This document shows positions 10,996 to 22,973 of a stretch of 64,000 bases of DNA, in pieces. The translations under genes were made by a program, and so were the position numbers. The notes below the pieces were generated by a model. It searched no databases, had not been told where the DNA came from, and saw only the letters and a program-made list of their open reading frames with translations. The DNA comes from Nitrospirota bacterium (GTDB lineage: Bacteria; Nitrospirota; UBA9217): assembly GCA_963818475.1 (NCBI GenBank), contig CAWFSF010000002.1:256001-320000 (forward strand). Direction: 5' to 3'. Position 1 is the stretch's first letter. Each line of letters opens with the position of its first letter.

Positions 10996-11598
10996 TTATA
11001 AATGAGTCTGCCCATGAAGAAATTCTGCCAGTTTTTCAAGCGCTTTGCCCCTATGGCTAAGCGTATCCTTCTCTTTTCCGGTCATCTCGGCAAAGGTCTT
11101 GTCAAATCCCTGGGGCAGAAACACCGGATCGTAGCCGAATCCGGTATTCCCCTTAGGTTCCAGACCGATACGACCTTTCGCATAGCCAAAAAAGGTCTTC
11201 ACCTTGCCGTCGGGGAAGGCCAGCGCCATGCAGCAGACAAATTGGGCGCCCCGCTTCTCCTCAGGCACATCCTTGAGCTCCTGGAGCAGTTTTTCGTAAT
11301 TTCTTACATCGTTCCCGCTGCCGGTACCGCCCGCATACCGGGCAGAATAGACGCCCGGTGCGCCTTCGAGAGCATCCACCTCAAGGCCCGAATCGTCCGC
11401 CAGAGAAGGCTTGCCCGTGCAGGTGCAGACCTCGACCGCCTTTTTGATCGCATTTCCTTCAAAGGTTTCCTGATCCTCCACGGTTTCCGGACAAGCAGGA
11501 AAATCATCGAGCGAAAGGATCGTGATCGGCAGATCGGCCGTGATCCGCCTGATCTCTTCGACCTTTTTTTTATTTCTCGTGGCGAGAACGATTTCCAT
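10996..11598 (-). CDS. rdgB: Non-canonical purine NTP pyrophosphatase (HAM1/RdgB)
   Basis: [36 protein letters not shown]. Confidence 0.95.
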   Translation of the reverse strand: MEIVLATRNKKKVEEIRRITADLPITILSLDDFPACPETVEDQETFEGNAIKKAVEVCTCTGKPSLADDSGLEVDALEGAPGVYSARYAGGTGSGNDVRNYEKLLQELKDVPEEKRGAQFVCCMALAFPDGKVKTFFGYAKGRIGLEPKGNTGFGYDPVFLPQGFDKTFAEMTGKEKDTLSHRGKALEKLAEFLHGQTHL

Positions 11599-11972
11599 TT
11601 ACTTAGTTTACCCTCCCTTGGCGAAGAAAAGCCTCTGCCTCCGGCGCCGAAACGAGCGGCCACCCTATCATAAAAGACCGGACTTTGCAACCAGAGGATG
11701 CGCATATATCGGGTATGCGGAGAGCCTGAAATTCAGTGCGCGCAGAGGATGCACAAGAGATGTGCCGCATAAAACGGGTTTTTTCGGGTGGTGATTCTCT
11801 TCGTTTAATAGGGTCTCATGCAAATTTTTCATCGACATTGCTAAATGTTCGCTGGACGTTTCCATGCCCATATGCTTTTTTCAAGGTAGGTGCTTCGCGT
11901 TGTTCGCAACAACGGGCTTCAGGACCTCGATGTGAAAAGTGCGCACTGCTGTGAAAATAATATAATAATATA

Positions 11973-12001
11973 TTGACAAGCCTTTTTTTCTGCGGTATAT
12001 T
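11973..12001 (+). promoter_or_regulatory. Sigma70 promoter for rho
   Basis: TTGACA-N17-TATATT, ~320 bp upstream of the rho start. Confidence 0.7.
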
Positions 12002-12321
12002 CTGATCATTCAAGAGATTCCTGATACCTAATCAAACACCCCAGTTATTACCTAATCCAGCATAATAACCAGGAATACATCTTCTACCGTCATGTTCTTT
12101 CTATAACGCAGCAAAGCAGAAAGGTCGTACATCCTTCTTTAGATAACTCACGAGCAGACTGAGTCGTTAGCTTACAAACCTCTCATCCTCATCTCGCACT
12201 TTGATGGAATATGCTCGCCTGCTGACATCACAACTACCGCAATGAAAAAACCTGATCATCCTACCATCTCTAGGAACCATGCCTCATCTGCCCAACAAAC
12301 CACGGGCCAAGGAGCAACCAC

Positions 12322-13571
12322 ATGAATTTAGTAGAACTAAAAGGCAAGGAGCATCGCCGAGCTTACCGCCATGGCGGACGAGCTGAAGATCGAAGGCGTC
12401 AGCGGCTTGCGCAAGCAGGAGCTGATCTTCGCCATCCTGCAGGCCCAGACCGAAAAGAACGGCATGATCTTCGGCGAGGGCGTGCTCGAGATCCTTCCGG
12501 ACGGCTTCGGCTTCCTCCGGGCGCCGGATTACAACTATCTGCCCGGCCCGGACGACATCTACGTATCGCCTTCCCAGATACGCCGGTTCAGCATCCGCAC
12601 CGGCGACACGGTTTCCGGCCAGATCCGGCCGCCCAAGGAAGGCGAACGCTACTTCGCACTGCTCAAGGTTGACGCCATCAACTATGAAGACCCCGAGATA
12701 TCACGGTCCAAGATCCTTTTCGACAACCTGACCCCCTATTATCCTGAAAAAAAGATCAAGCTCGAACATTCACCGACCGACTATACGACCCGCGCCATGG
12801 ACCTCGTTACTCCCATCGGCATGGGCCAGCGCGGCATGATCGTGGCGCCGCCGCGGACCGGCAAGACCATGCTGCTCCAGGCCATTGCCAAGGCCATCCT
12901 GAAGAACCATCCCGACATCAAGCTGATCGTGCTCCTGATCGACGAACGGCCCGAAGAGGTCACGGACTGGGCGCGCCAGGTCAAAGGCCGAGATCATCAG
13001 CTCCACCTTCGACGAACCGCCGCAGCGGCATGTGCAGGTCGCGGACATGGTGAGCGAGCGGGCAAAGCGCCTGGTGGAGCACAAGAAGGACGTGGTGATC
13101 CTGCTCGACAGCATCACCCGCCTTGCCCGGGCGCATAACGCCATCATTCCGGCCTCAGGCAAGGTCCTCTCCGGCGGTCTGGACGCGAATGCGCTCCAGC
13201 GGCCGAAACGGTTCTTCGGCGCCGCCCGCAGCATCGAGAACGGCGGCAGCCTCACGATCCTCGCAACAGCGCTCGTGGACACCGGCAGCCGCATGGACGA
13301 CGTGATCTTCGAAGAATTCAAGGGCACCGGCAACATGGAACTCCACCTCGACCGGAAGCTCGTGGACAAGCGCGTGTTCCCGGCCATCGACATCAACGCC
13401 TCCGGCACCCGCAAAGAAGAGCTGCTCGTGGACAAGGACGACCTGAACCGCATGTGGGTGCTCCGCAAGGTCCTGAACCCCCTGTCCACCGTGGAAAGCA
13501 TGGAGTTCCTGCTGGACAAGCTGAAACAGAACAAAACAAACAGGGATTTCCTGGATTCCATGAACAAGTAG
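12322..13571 (+). CDS. rho: Transcription termination factor Rho (frameshifts near 12348 and 12988)
   Basis: [64 protein letters not shown]. Confidence 0.97.
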
Positions 13572-13673
13572 ATTTTACTTGAAATTCCGTGGTGATTAGT
13601 ATATTATTCCCGCTCTCATCAGCGAGGGCGGTAGTTTTTTGGCTTTCGCAGTCATTCTCAGGAGGATCAGGTC

Positions 13674-13871
13674 ATGAAAGAAGGCATTCATCCCGACTAC
13701 AAGGTGGCAACAGTCAGCTGCGCCTGCGGGGAAAAGTTCACCACCAAGTCGACGAAAGAGACGCTCCGGCTTGACATCTGCTCGGTCTGCCATCCGTTCT
13801 TCACCGGCAAGCAGAAGCTGATCGACACGGAAGGCCGCGTCGACAAGTTCCGGAAAAAATACGCCAAATAG
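13674..13871 (+). CDS. rpmE: 50S ribosomal protein L31 (Zn-binding type)
   Basis: [32 protein letters not shown]. Confidence 0.97.
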   Translation: MKEGIHPDYKVATVSCACGEKFTTKSTKETLRLDICSVCHPFFTGKQKLIDTEGRVDKFRKKYAK

Positions 13872-13936
13872 CATCGCCACCGGCGGCCTTTTGGCCGCCT
13901 TTCTTCTGGAAGAACAAGCCCCGTGAGGTTTCTGCT

Positions 13937-14842
13937 TTGTCCGAAAAAGTGCAAATAGGCGGCCAGGCGGTTCTCGAAGGCGTCATGATGCGCTCTCCCC
14001 ATGCCTATACCGTTGCGGTGCGCAAGGGGGGAAAGCCTGATGCCGAGATCGCCATCTTTCGCCAGACCATCCGGCCCATCGGAGAGCGCTTTCCTTTCCT
14101 GAAGACCAGGATCGTCCGGGGATCGGCTGCGCTCTTTGAGGCCATGTGGCTCGGCATCCGGGCGCTGAACTTTTCGGCGAACGAAGCGCTCGAAAGCGAA
14201 GACGGAAAAAAAGAGGAGATCGGTCCGCTTGCCATGGCCGGCACCATGATCGTGGCGCTCGCCTTTTCTCTCGGACTGTTCCTGGCGCTCCCGCTCCTGC
14301 TCACCAGCCTGCTCGGTGCCCAGTATGCCGCGGTCAACCGGCACAGCATCCTGTTCAACCTCACTGACGGCGCGTTCCGCGTGGTCCTGTTCCTGGGATA
14401 TGTATCCGGCATTTCCTATATGAAGGACATCCGCCGGGTCTTCGAGTATCACGGCGCCGAACACAAGGCCATCGCGACCTTCGAGGCCGGGGTGGAGCTC
14501 ACGGTAGAGAACGCCAGGCCCTACTCCCGCATTCACCCGCGCTGCGGCACCAGCTTTTTGCTGACCGTGGTTGTGATCTCCATTCTCCTGTTCTCGCTCG
14601 TCCCCGGTTCCTGGCCGTTCTGGGCAAAAGCAGCTTCCCGGGTCGTGCTGCTTCCCGTGATCGCCGGCCTGGGATACGAGTTCATAAAATACAGCGCCAA
14701 ACACTGCGGCAACCCGCTGATCCGGAAACTGATGCAGCCGGGCCTCTGGCTGCAGCGCCTCACGACGCGGGAACCGTCGGATGACCAGATAGAAGTGGCC
14801 ATCACGGCGATGCGTGAAGCCCTCGCCATGGAACCCCGCTAA
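13937..14842 (+). CDS. DUF1385 family membrane protein
   Basis: IGGQAVLEGVMMR, FEYHGAEHK, HPRCGTSF, LQRLTTREP; usual rpmE-DUF1385-prfA context. Confidence 0.92.
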   Translation: MSEKVQIGGQAVLEGVMMRSPHAYTVAVRKGGKPDAEIAIFRQTIRPIGERFPFLKTRIVRGSAALFEAMWLGIRALNFSANEALESEDGKKEEIGPLAMAGTMIVALAFSLGLFLALPLLLTSLLGAQYAAVNRHSILFNLTDGAFRVVLFLGYVSGISYMKDIRRVFEYHGAEHKAIATFEAGVELTVENARPYSRIHPRCGTSFLLTVVVISILLFSLVPGSWPFWAKAASRVVLLPVIAGLGYEFIKYSAKHCGNPLIRKLMQPGLWLQRLTTREPSDDQIEVAITAMREALAMEPR

Positions 14843-14872
14843 AGCGGGGTTTTTTGTTGGAACAAAAACACC

Positions 14873-14901
14873 GTAGGGGCGGGTTTTAAACCCGCCCCTA
14901 C
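14873..14901. repeat. GTAG-type REP-like palindrome
   Basis: GTAGGGGCGGGTTTTAAACCCGCCCCTAC, near-perfect palindrome starting with GTAG. Confidence 0.8.
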
Positions 14902-14915
14902 AATTGGTTTTTATT

Positions 14916-15985
14916 ATGCTAAGAAAACTTGAAGCCGTTGCAGAAAAATACGACGAGCTGACCAGGCTCCTGTCCGACCCGGGCGTTGCTGCCAACCACC
15001 AGCAGTACCAGAAGTACTCCCGGGAACGGTCGGATATTGAAGATGTGGTAAACCACTACCGCGCCTACAAGAGACCTGGAAAAACAGATCAGCGAAGCCG
15101 GCGAGATCACCAACGACAAGCAGTCTGACCCCGAACTGCGCACAATGGCCGAAGCAGAGCTCAAGGAGCTTTCGCCTAAAATCGCGCAGATGGAGCAGGA
15201 GCTGCGGCTCATGCTGGTGCCCAAGGACCCGCGCGACGACCGGAACGTCTTTCTCGAGATCCGTGCAGGCGCAGGCGGGCGACGAGGCCGGCCTCTTTGC
15301 TGCGGAGCTTTTCCGCATGTACTCCCGCTATGCTGAAAAGAAGCGATGGAAGCTGACCCTGCTCGATATGAGCACCACCGGCGTGGGCGGAGCCAAGGAA
15401 GTGATCGCCCAGATCCAGGGCAAGGGCGTGTTCAGCAGGCTCAAATACGAAAGCGGCGTGCACCGGGTGCAGCGCGTGCCGGCAACGGAATCCGCCGGCA
15501 GGATCCATACGTCGACGGTGACGGTGGCGGTACTGCCCGAGGTGGACGATGTTGAAGTGAATATCGAACAAAAGGACCTGCGCATCGACACCTACTGCTC
15601 TTCAGGCCCCGGCGGCCAGTGCGTGAACACCACCTACTCTGCGGTCCGCATCACGCACATCCCGACCAACGAGGTCGTCGCGGTCCAGGACGAGCGCTCG
15701 CAGCTCAAGAACCGCGAAAAGGCCATGAAGATCCTGAAGTCCCGTCTGCTCGAAAAAGAACGGGCGCGGCAGGATGCCGAAACCGCCCAGGACCGCAAGT
15801 CCCAGGTCGGGTCCGGCGAACGCAGCGAAAAGATCAGAACGTACAATTTTCCGCAGAGCCGCGTGACCGATCACCGCATCGGGTTGTCGCTTTACCGGCT
15901 CGATGCAGTCATGGACGGCGATCTCGACGAGTTCATCGACGGCCTTACCTCGGCAACGAATGCCGAGCGGCTGAAAAACCTGTAG
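14916..15985 (+). CDS. prfA: Peptide chain release factor 1 (frameshifts near 15070 and 15278)
   Basis: [47 protein letters not shown]. Confidence 0.96.
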
Positions 15986-15990
15986 AACCA

Positions 15991-16068
15991 TTGCGGATTT
16001 CGGATTACGGATTTCGGATTAGCCGCCTATGATCTCACAATCCGCAATCCGAAATCCGCAATCTGCAA
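15991..16068. repeat. Inverted pair of heptamer arrays (TTGCGGA / TCCGCAA)
   Basis: TTGCGGATTTCGGATTACGGATTTCGGATT ... AATCCGCAATCCGAAATCCGCAATCTGCAA. Confidence 0.9.
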
Positions 16069-16075
16069 TTAAACC

Positions 16076-16937
16076 GTGACCATTACTGAAACCATAAACA
16101 GGGCGGCCACGCGGCTGTCGGCGCACAAGGTAGACAACGCGCGCAGGGATGCAGAGGTTGCTTCTCTGCCATGTCCTGGTCCGCGACCGTGCCTGGCTCC
16201 TGGCGCACATACAGGACGAAATCGACGACCAGTCGGTCCGGCAGTATGAACGGATTATTGACCGTCGCGCCGTACGCGAGCCACTCCAGTACATCACCGG
16301 CAGACAGGAATTCTGGGGACTGCCCTTTAAGGTCACTCCTGACGTGCTGATCCCGCGGCCCGAGACCGAGTTCGTCGTCGAAGCAGCGCTCAAAGCCGTC
16401 AGCATGGCCCTGACGCCGGTCATCATCGACCTCTGCACCGGTTCCGGCTGCATTGCTGTCAGCCTGGCAACGGAGCTCCTGAACGCGCAGGTGTTCGCAA
16501 CCGACCGATCGGAGCAGGCTCTTGCAATTGCCCGAGAGAACGCCCGTATGAACCAGGCAGCGGAACGCATCAGATTCCTTGCAGGAGACCTGTTCGCGCC
16601 GGTGGGGGAATTGGACCTTCACGAAAAGGTCGATGTGATCGCCGCGAACCCGCCCTATATACCGGCCGGCGACCTTGCCGGACTTCAGCCCGAGGTCAGG
16701 GATTTCGAACCGGAGATGGCGCTTATAGCCGGGCCCGAGGGTACCGAGACCGGTACAGCGATCATACTGCAGGCGCCGGCATTCCTGAAAAAGGGCGGCA
16801 CGCTCATCATGGAAATGGGCATGGGCCAGACAGCCGCGCTCAGCGCCATCGTTAAAAAGACCGGCAAATACAGGACGCTGGAGATCGTCAAGGACCTGGC
16901 AGGCATAGAGAGGGTCCTGGTAGCAAGAAAGGCATAA
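16076..16937 (+). CDS. prmC: Release factor glutamine methyltransferase (frameshift near 16158)
   Basis: EPLQYITG, VLIPRPETE, DLCTGSGCIA, ANPPYI; GTG start at 16076. Confidence 0.95.
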
Positions 16938-16976
16938 CAGTAAGCAGGATTCTGACCACTGGCTACTGCATTCATC

Positions 16977-18225
<1,249 letters not shown>

Positions 18226-18233
18226 AATATCTA

Positions 18234-18320
18234 TTACGGAGCACGGATGACACGGCGGAAAGCAACGGATTGAAGATTTTGATCCGCATTTCCTCCGTGT
18301 ACATCCGTGTCCTCCGTGAT
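18234..18320. repeat. Inverted pair of ~9-mer arrays (CACGGA.. / ..TCCGTG)
   Basis: TTACGGAGCACGGATGACACGG ... TCCGTGTACATCCGTGTCCTCCGTGAT. Confidence 0.8.
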
Positions 18321-18342
18321 AGATTTTCGAAGGGTTTTTCTC

Positions 18343-19635
18343 ATGAAGATCTTCGATTCACAGCACCAGGACATCGCATCGGAACTCAAACGGATCATCA
18401 ACCGCGGCGAGACCGCGACCGACGAAGTTGCCGTCGTTGTAAAAGAGGTCGTGGAGCGCGTGCGCAAGGAAGGCGATCCGGCCCTGCTCGAATACACGGA
18501 GAAGTTCGACCGGGTGACACTCACGCTCAAGGACATCAAAGTAACGCCGCAAGAGATCAAGGACGCCTATAGCCATGTTGATCCGAAAAAGGTGGATGCC
18601 CTGAAGCTTGCTGCCGCGAACATCCGCTCCTTCCACGAGAAGCAAAAGATCAGCTCCTGGGTGAACCAGGAAGCTGACGGCGTTATCCTGGGCCAGCTCG
18701 CGCGCCCGATCCGGAGCGCAGGCGTTTATGTGCCCGGCGGCAAGGCCTGCTACCCGTCATCAGTGCTCATGAACGTGATCCCGGCCAAGGTCGCGGGCGT
18801 GGAACAGCTCATCATGTGCTCTCCCGTTCCGGGCGGAAATCTGAACCCCTACATCCTTGTCGCAGCCGACATCGCCGGTGTGAGCGAGATCTACAAGATC
18901 GGCGGCGCCCAGGCCATCGCGGCCATGGCCTACGGCACGGCCACGGTCCCGAAGGTCGACAAGATCGTGGGCCCGGGCAACATCTATGTGGCAACGGCAA
19001 AGCGGTACGTCTTCGGCCAGGTGGACATCGATATGATCGCCGGACCGAGCGAGATCCTGGTCATTGCCGACGACAGCGCAGACCCGGCCTTTGTGGCATC
19101 GGATCTGCTCTCGCAGGCCGAGCATGATGAGCTTGCCTCGTCGATCCTGATCACGACCTCCCGCGTTTTGGCGGAACAGGTTAACGCCGAGGTCGAACGC
19201 CAGCTCGCGAACCTCTCGAGAAAAGAGATCGCCCGCAAGGCCATCGACCGCTTCGGAGCGATCGTGCTGGTCAAGACTCTGCAGGAAGCGGCCGAAGCAT
19301 CGAACTCCATTGCACCGGAGCATCTCGAGCTTGCCGTGGAGAAGCCCTTTGACCTTCTGGCGCTGATCAAGAACGCGGGCGCCATTTTCCTCGGCCATTA
19401 CACGCCCGAGTCCGTGGGCGACTATATCGCGGGACCGAACCATGTGCTCCCCACGGGCGGCACTGCCCGTTTCTTCTCGCCTCTGTCCACGGACAGCTTC
19501 ATGAAGAAGTCGAGCCTGATCTTCTATACCAGGGAAGGCCTTGACAAGGTTGCCGAGGCCGTGATGCAGATCGCCGATGTCGAAGGTCTGGAAGCACACG
19601 GGAATACTATCCGGATCAGGATGGCGAAGAAGTAA
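18343..19635 (+). CDS. hisD: Histidinol dehydrogenase
   Basis: YVPGGKA, GPGNIYV, IDMIAGPSE, SQAEHD, APEHLEL, GPNHVLPT. Confidence 0.97.
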   Translation: MKIFDSQHQDIASELKRIINRGETATDEVAVVVKEVVERVRKEGDPALLEYTEKFDRVTLTLKDIKVTPQEIKDAYSHVDPKKVDALKLAAANIRSFHEKQKISSWVNQEADGVILGQLARPIRSAGVYVPGGKACYPSSVLMNVIPAKVAGVEQLIMCSPVPGGNLNPYILVAADIAGVSEIYKIGGAQAIAAMAYGTATVPKVDKIVGPGNIYVATAKRYVFGQVDIDMIAGPSEILVIADDSADPAFVASDLLSQAEHDELASSILITTSRVLAEQVNAEVERQLANLSRKEIARKAIDRFGAIVLVKTLQEAAEASNSIAPEHLELAVEKPFDLLALIKNAGAIFLGHYTPESVGDYIAGPNHVLPTGGTARFFSPLSTDSFMKKSSLIFYTREGLDKVAEAVMQIADVEGLEAHGNTIRIRMAKK

Positions 19636-19650
19636 TAAAACATTGGAGCA

Positions 19651-19734
19651 CAGAAGTCAGGAGTCAGGAGTCAGGAGAAGGCCTTGTTATCAGGCTTTTA
19701 TCCTGTGCATCCTGGCTACTGGCTCCTGACTCCT
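19651..19734. repeat. Inverted pair of heptamer arrays (CAGGAGT / CTCCTGA)
   Basis: CAGAAGTCAGGAGTCAGGAGTCAGGAG ... TCCTGGCTACTGGCTCCTGACTCCT. Confidence 0.85.
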
Positions 19735-19755
19735 TGAAATATACAAGGAGATCTC

Positions 19756-20678
19756 ATGCCTGCAAAAAAGAAGAAAGCCGCCACCGAAGACATCAGCACC
19801 CGCCACTCAGAAGCTCAAGCTCGGCCTGCCCAAGGGCAGCCTGCAGGAATCGACCTTCAAGCTCTTCGGCAAGGCAGGATACCGCGTACAGGTCAGCTCA
19901 CGGAGCTACTATCCGACCATCGACGACCAGAACATCGACTGCACCCTCGTCCGCGCCCAGGAAATGGCGCGCTATGTCGATATCGGGATCTTCGACGTGG
20001 GGCTCACGGGCAAGGACTGGATCCTCGAACAGAACGCCGACGTCGTCGAGGTTGCCGAACTCCGCTACGCAAAGGGCGGCTTGAACCCCGTACGCTGGGT
20101 CGTGGCCGTGCCGGAAGACTCGAAGATCAAGTCCGTCAAGGACCTGAAGGGCAAGCGCATCGCCACGGAGCTCGTGGGCTACACCAAGCGCTATCTCAAA
20201 TCCAAGGGCGTCACTGCAGACATCGAGTTCTCCTGGGGCGCCACCGAGGTAAAGCCTCCCCGCCTGGCCGACGCCATCGTGGAACTCACCGAGACCGGCA
20301 GTTCGCTCCGCGCGAACAATCTCCGCATCGTCGAGGTCATGCTTGAGTCCACCACCCGGCTGATCGCGAACAAGAAGGCCTGGAACGATCCCTGGAAGCG
20401 GAAGAAGATCGAGAGCATGGCCATGCTGCTCCAGGGTGCGCTCGCTGCCGAGGAAAAGGTCGGCCTGAAGATGAACGCGCCCAAGGCGAACCTGAAGGAG
20501 ATCTGCGGCCTCCTCCCCTCGATGCACGCGCCCACGATCTCGCACCAGACCGACCCCGAGTGGGTGAGCCTGGAGGTCATCCTCGACGAAAAAGCTGGCC
20601 CGCGACCTGATCCCCCGGCTTAAGCGCCGCGGCGCTTCGGGGATCGTTGAGTATCCCTTGAACAAGGTCATATCGTAA
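19756..20678 (+). CDS. hisG: ATP phosphoribosyltransferase, long form (frameshifts near 19810 and 20597)
   Basis: [49 protein letters not shown]-terminal [12 protein letters not shown]. Confidence 0.95.
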
Positions 20679-20690
20679 CTGCGATCGAAT

Positions 20691-20721
20691 AAAAAAAGGC
20701 GGCCACTTGGCCGCTTTTTTT
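20691..20721. terminator. Bidirectional intrinsic terminator
   Basis: AAAAAAAGGCGGCCACTTGGCCGCTTTTTTT between convergent genes. Confidence 0.85.
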
Positions 20722-20789
20722 ATTTCAAGAAAATCGAAAATTTATAAATAGTCCCGAATCAACGCAGAGTGGGGCGCAATAGCACAAAA

Positions 20790-21536
20790 TCAATAGAGCT
20801 TCCGGCAGGAAATCCCCGCCTTTTCAAAAGCCGCTCTCAACTCCTCGCCTTTCTCAGTAAAAAAATCTTCCGACCTGGCCTGCTGCATCCCGTGTTCCTT
20901 ATAGACCTGATCGGCATAGTGGTAATTATACCGGTCGATCAGTGCATGATCCACCTTGCCCTTCAGCATACCCGCCAACGCCTCAGCCCCGGGAAGCATC
21001 GGCGCGACCATGACAAAAGTCTGTATCCCCTCTGCATGAAGAATTCCCAATGCCTCGACCCGCTTCGCTATGGGCGGAGCACCCGGTTCGAATATCCTCC
21101 GCACTTTCTCATCGGCAGTAGTTATGGTGAAACCGACTTCTGCGTCCGCTGACCGTTTCAGGATCTCGAGGTCCCGCAGCACTAGCGGCGACTTTGTCTG
21201 GATCGTGACCGGCCATCCCTCTTCAACGAGAATTTCGAGACAGCGCCTGGTGAGCAGATACTTCTTTTCGAGCGGTTGATAGGCGTCACAGACCCCGCTC
21301 ATCCACACCCTCCCCTTCTGTTTTTTCTTCTTTAGCTCCCGAGCCAGAAGCTCAGGCGCACTGACCTTCACATCGACGAACGCTCCCCAGGGTTCCCGAT
21401 GCCCGGTAAACCGTTTCATGAACTTTGCATAACAATAGAGGCACTGATGCTGACACCCGACGTAGGCATTCAAGGCATAGTCGTAGACCAGCGACTTTGA
21501 TAAGATGGACTTTGCCTCGATCTCTTTGACGATCAT
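20790..21536 (-). CDS. Radical SAM protein, spore photoproduct lyase-like family
   Basis: NAYVGCQHQCLYCYA (CxxxCxxC), DAYQPLE, IQTKSPLVLRDL, FEPGAPP. Confidence 0.85.
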   Translation of the reverse strand: MIVKEIEAKSILSKSLVYDYALNAYVGCQHQCLYCYAKFMKRFTGHREPWGAFVDVKVSAPELLARELKKKKQKGRVWMSGVCDAYQPLEKKYLLTRRCLEILVEEGWPVTIQTKSPLVLRDLEILKRSADAEVGFTITTADEKVRRIFEPGAPPIAKRVEALGILHAEGIQTFVMVAPMLPGAEALAGMLKGKVDHALIDRYNYHYADQVYKEHGMQQARSEDFFTEKGEELRAAFEKAGISCRKLY

Positions 21537-21573
21537 AGGTCATTATACCGCGGCAGGCACGGTGGGGAAAAGG

Positions 21574-22761
21574 TCAATAAAGAGAAGAACCGGCAGGACC
21601 TGTCAAGGAATCAGGAGCAGGTCCTGTCTGCGGCGCAGCCGCCGGTTTAATGGCGCCGAAGAGGTTCGGTTCGCCATTGCGAAAACCTGCCGTGAAATAG
21701 AGCGTATCAGAGGGGCCTGCCAGACCGTCATTTCCAAACCCCAGTCCATGGAGCCCGGGAATAATGATCGGAGTTCCTCCCCGCGCTGGCAGGAACCCGG
21801 CAAAGAGACCGCTTTCCTCGTCAAAGGCCGCTATCCTGCCGCTGCCGGAATTTCCCACGAGCAGATGATTGCCGAATTCGCCGAACCTGTCGGGCGCCTG
21901 TGCAATGCCCCAGGGCGCGTTCATCCAGGGCCCCTGCTCAAGCCTCATGACGAGTTCACCCTCGGTATCGAACACATCGACATAACCCGCTCCCTCTCCT
22001 GAAGCGGCATGGCGCGGATCTACGGCCTGGGCTGCAAAGGTGACGTACAGGAGGTTATTGATGTTCTGAATGTTGAAGGGCGCAAATCCGTCAGGAATTC
22101 CAGGATCGGTAAAGGCATGAACGGGAAGAAGGAGCAGGCTGAAGTCCCCATCAAAAACGTCGATCCTGTTTTGACGGAAGTTTACTGCATAGAGCCTGTT
22201 TCCGTCCTCAGCCTGTGCGATGGCGATGCCGGTATAGGCTGCGTCCGCTGAGTTGTCCACGACCAGGACAGCGGAATCGCGGTAGACGTCGCTGTTCCAA
22301 CCCTCGATCGTTCCGTCCCGGGTAGCGACCAGAAATTCTGCCGGATGATCGGGAGCAAGCTCGAAGTCCTTCGTACCGTTATAAACGATGCCCACTGGTG
22401 CCGGGTAGTCGTAGCGGCGGCCGGGATTTTCAGGAATTGAAATGATCAGCGGCGACAATCCTGGAAAGGATACTCCGTCTCCGTTGTAAGGCGTTACGCG
22501 TCCCCTGCCCTCATCAGCTACCCGCCACGGACCGTCAGGCGACCTTGCCATGCCCTGGGGATTCAGAAGGCTCGTATCGAAATTCAGCGTCCAGATCGCG
22601 CTGTTCGAGATAAGATTTATCGCATCGTACGCTGCAGAGGTCGATTGAGCATCTGACCATTTTGGGCTGGCCGCGATGAGCATCGAAATAAAGAAAAGCA
22701 TCAAATGCCGTGCAGTTCGCGCAATCATAACCATAACTCCAGATCGCTTTCGATCGACCAT
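21574..22761 (-). CDS. Exported TIGR03118-like beta-propeller protein
   Basis: Signal peptide; PVGIVYN, TRDGTIEGW, FAPFNIQ, GYVDVFD, MNAPWGIA, LLVGNSGSGRI, LYFTAG. Confidence 0.8.
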   Translation of the reverse strand: MVDRKRSGVMVMIARTARHLMLFFISMLIAASPKWSDAQSTSAAYDAINLISNSAIWTLNFDTSLLNPQGMARSPDGPWRVADEGRGRVTPYNGDGVSFPGLSPLIISIPENPGRRYDYPAPVGIVYNGTKDFELAPDHPAEFLVATRDGTIEGWNSDVYRDSAVLVVDNSADAAYTGIAIAQAEDGNRLYAVNFRQNRIDVFDGDFSLLLLPVHAFTDPGIPDGFAPFNIQNINNLLYVTFAAQAVDPRHAASGEGAGYVDVFDTEGELVMRLEQGPWMNAPWGIAQAPDRFGEFGNHLLVGNSGSGRIAAFDEESGLFAGFLPARGGTPIIIPGLHGLGFGNDGLAGPSDTLYFTAGFRNGEPNLFGAIKPAAAPQTGPAPDSLTGPAGSSLY

Positions 22762-22973
22762 ACTTAATCATACTTATATGATATCACCGAACTCCTATCA
22801 GGTGGTGCCGGATCAGAAATACTGGATAGCAGCAGACGGACAAGCCTTTTTAAGCTCTTTCGTAGGTCTTTAGGCATAGAAAATATGGCGAAAGACGTTT
22901 CCATTATTGATGAGACGACGTTATGGTAGTAAAATATAAGTAAGATAAATATTGGAACGTAAAGGAGCGTGTC

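Noticed and set aside
15598-15640. RF1 motif GGQC instead of the usual GGQS/GGQH
   Set aside because: A single-base difference in error-prone sequence; the catalytic GGQ is intact.
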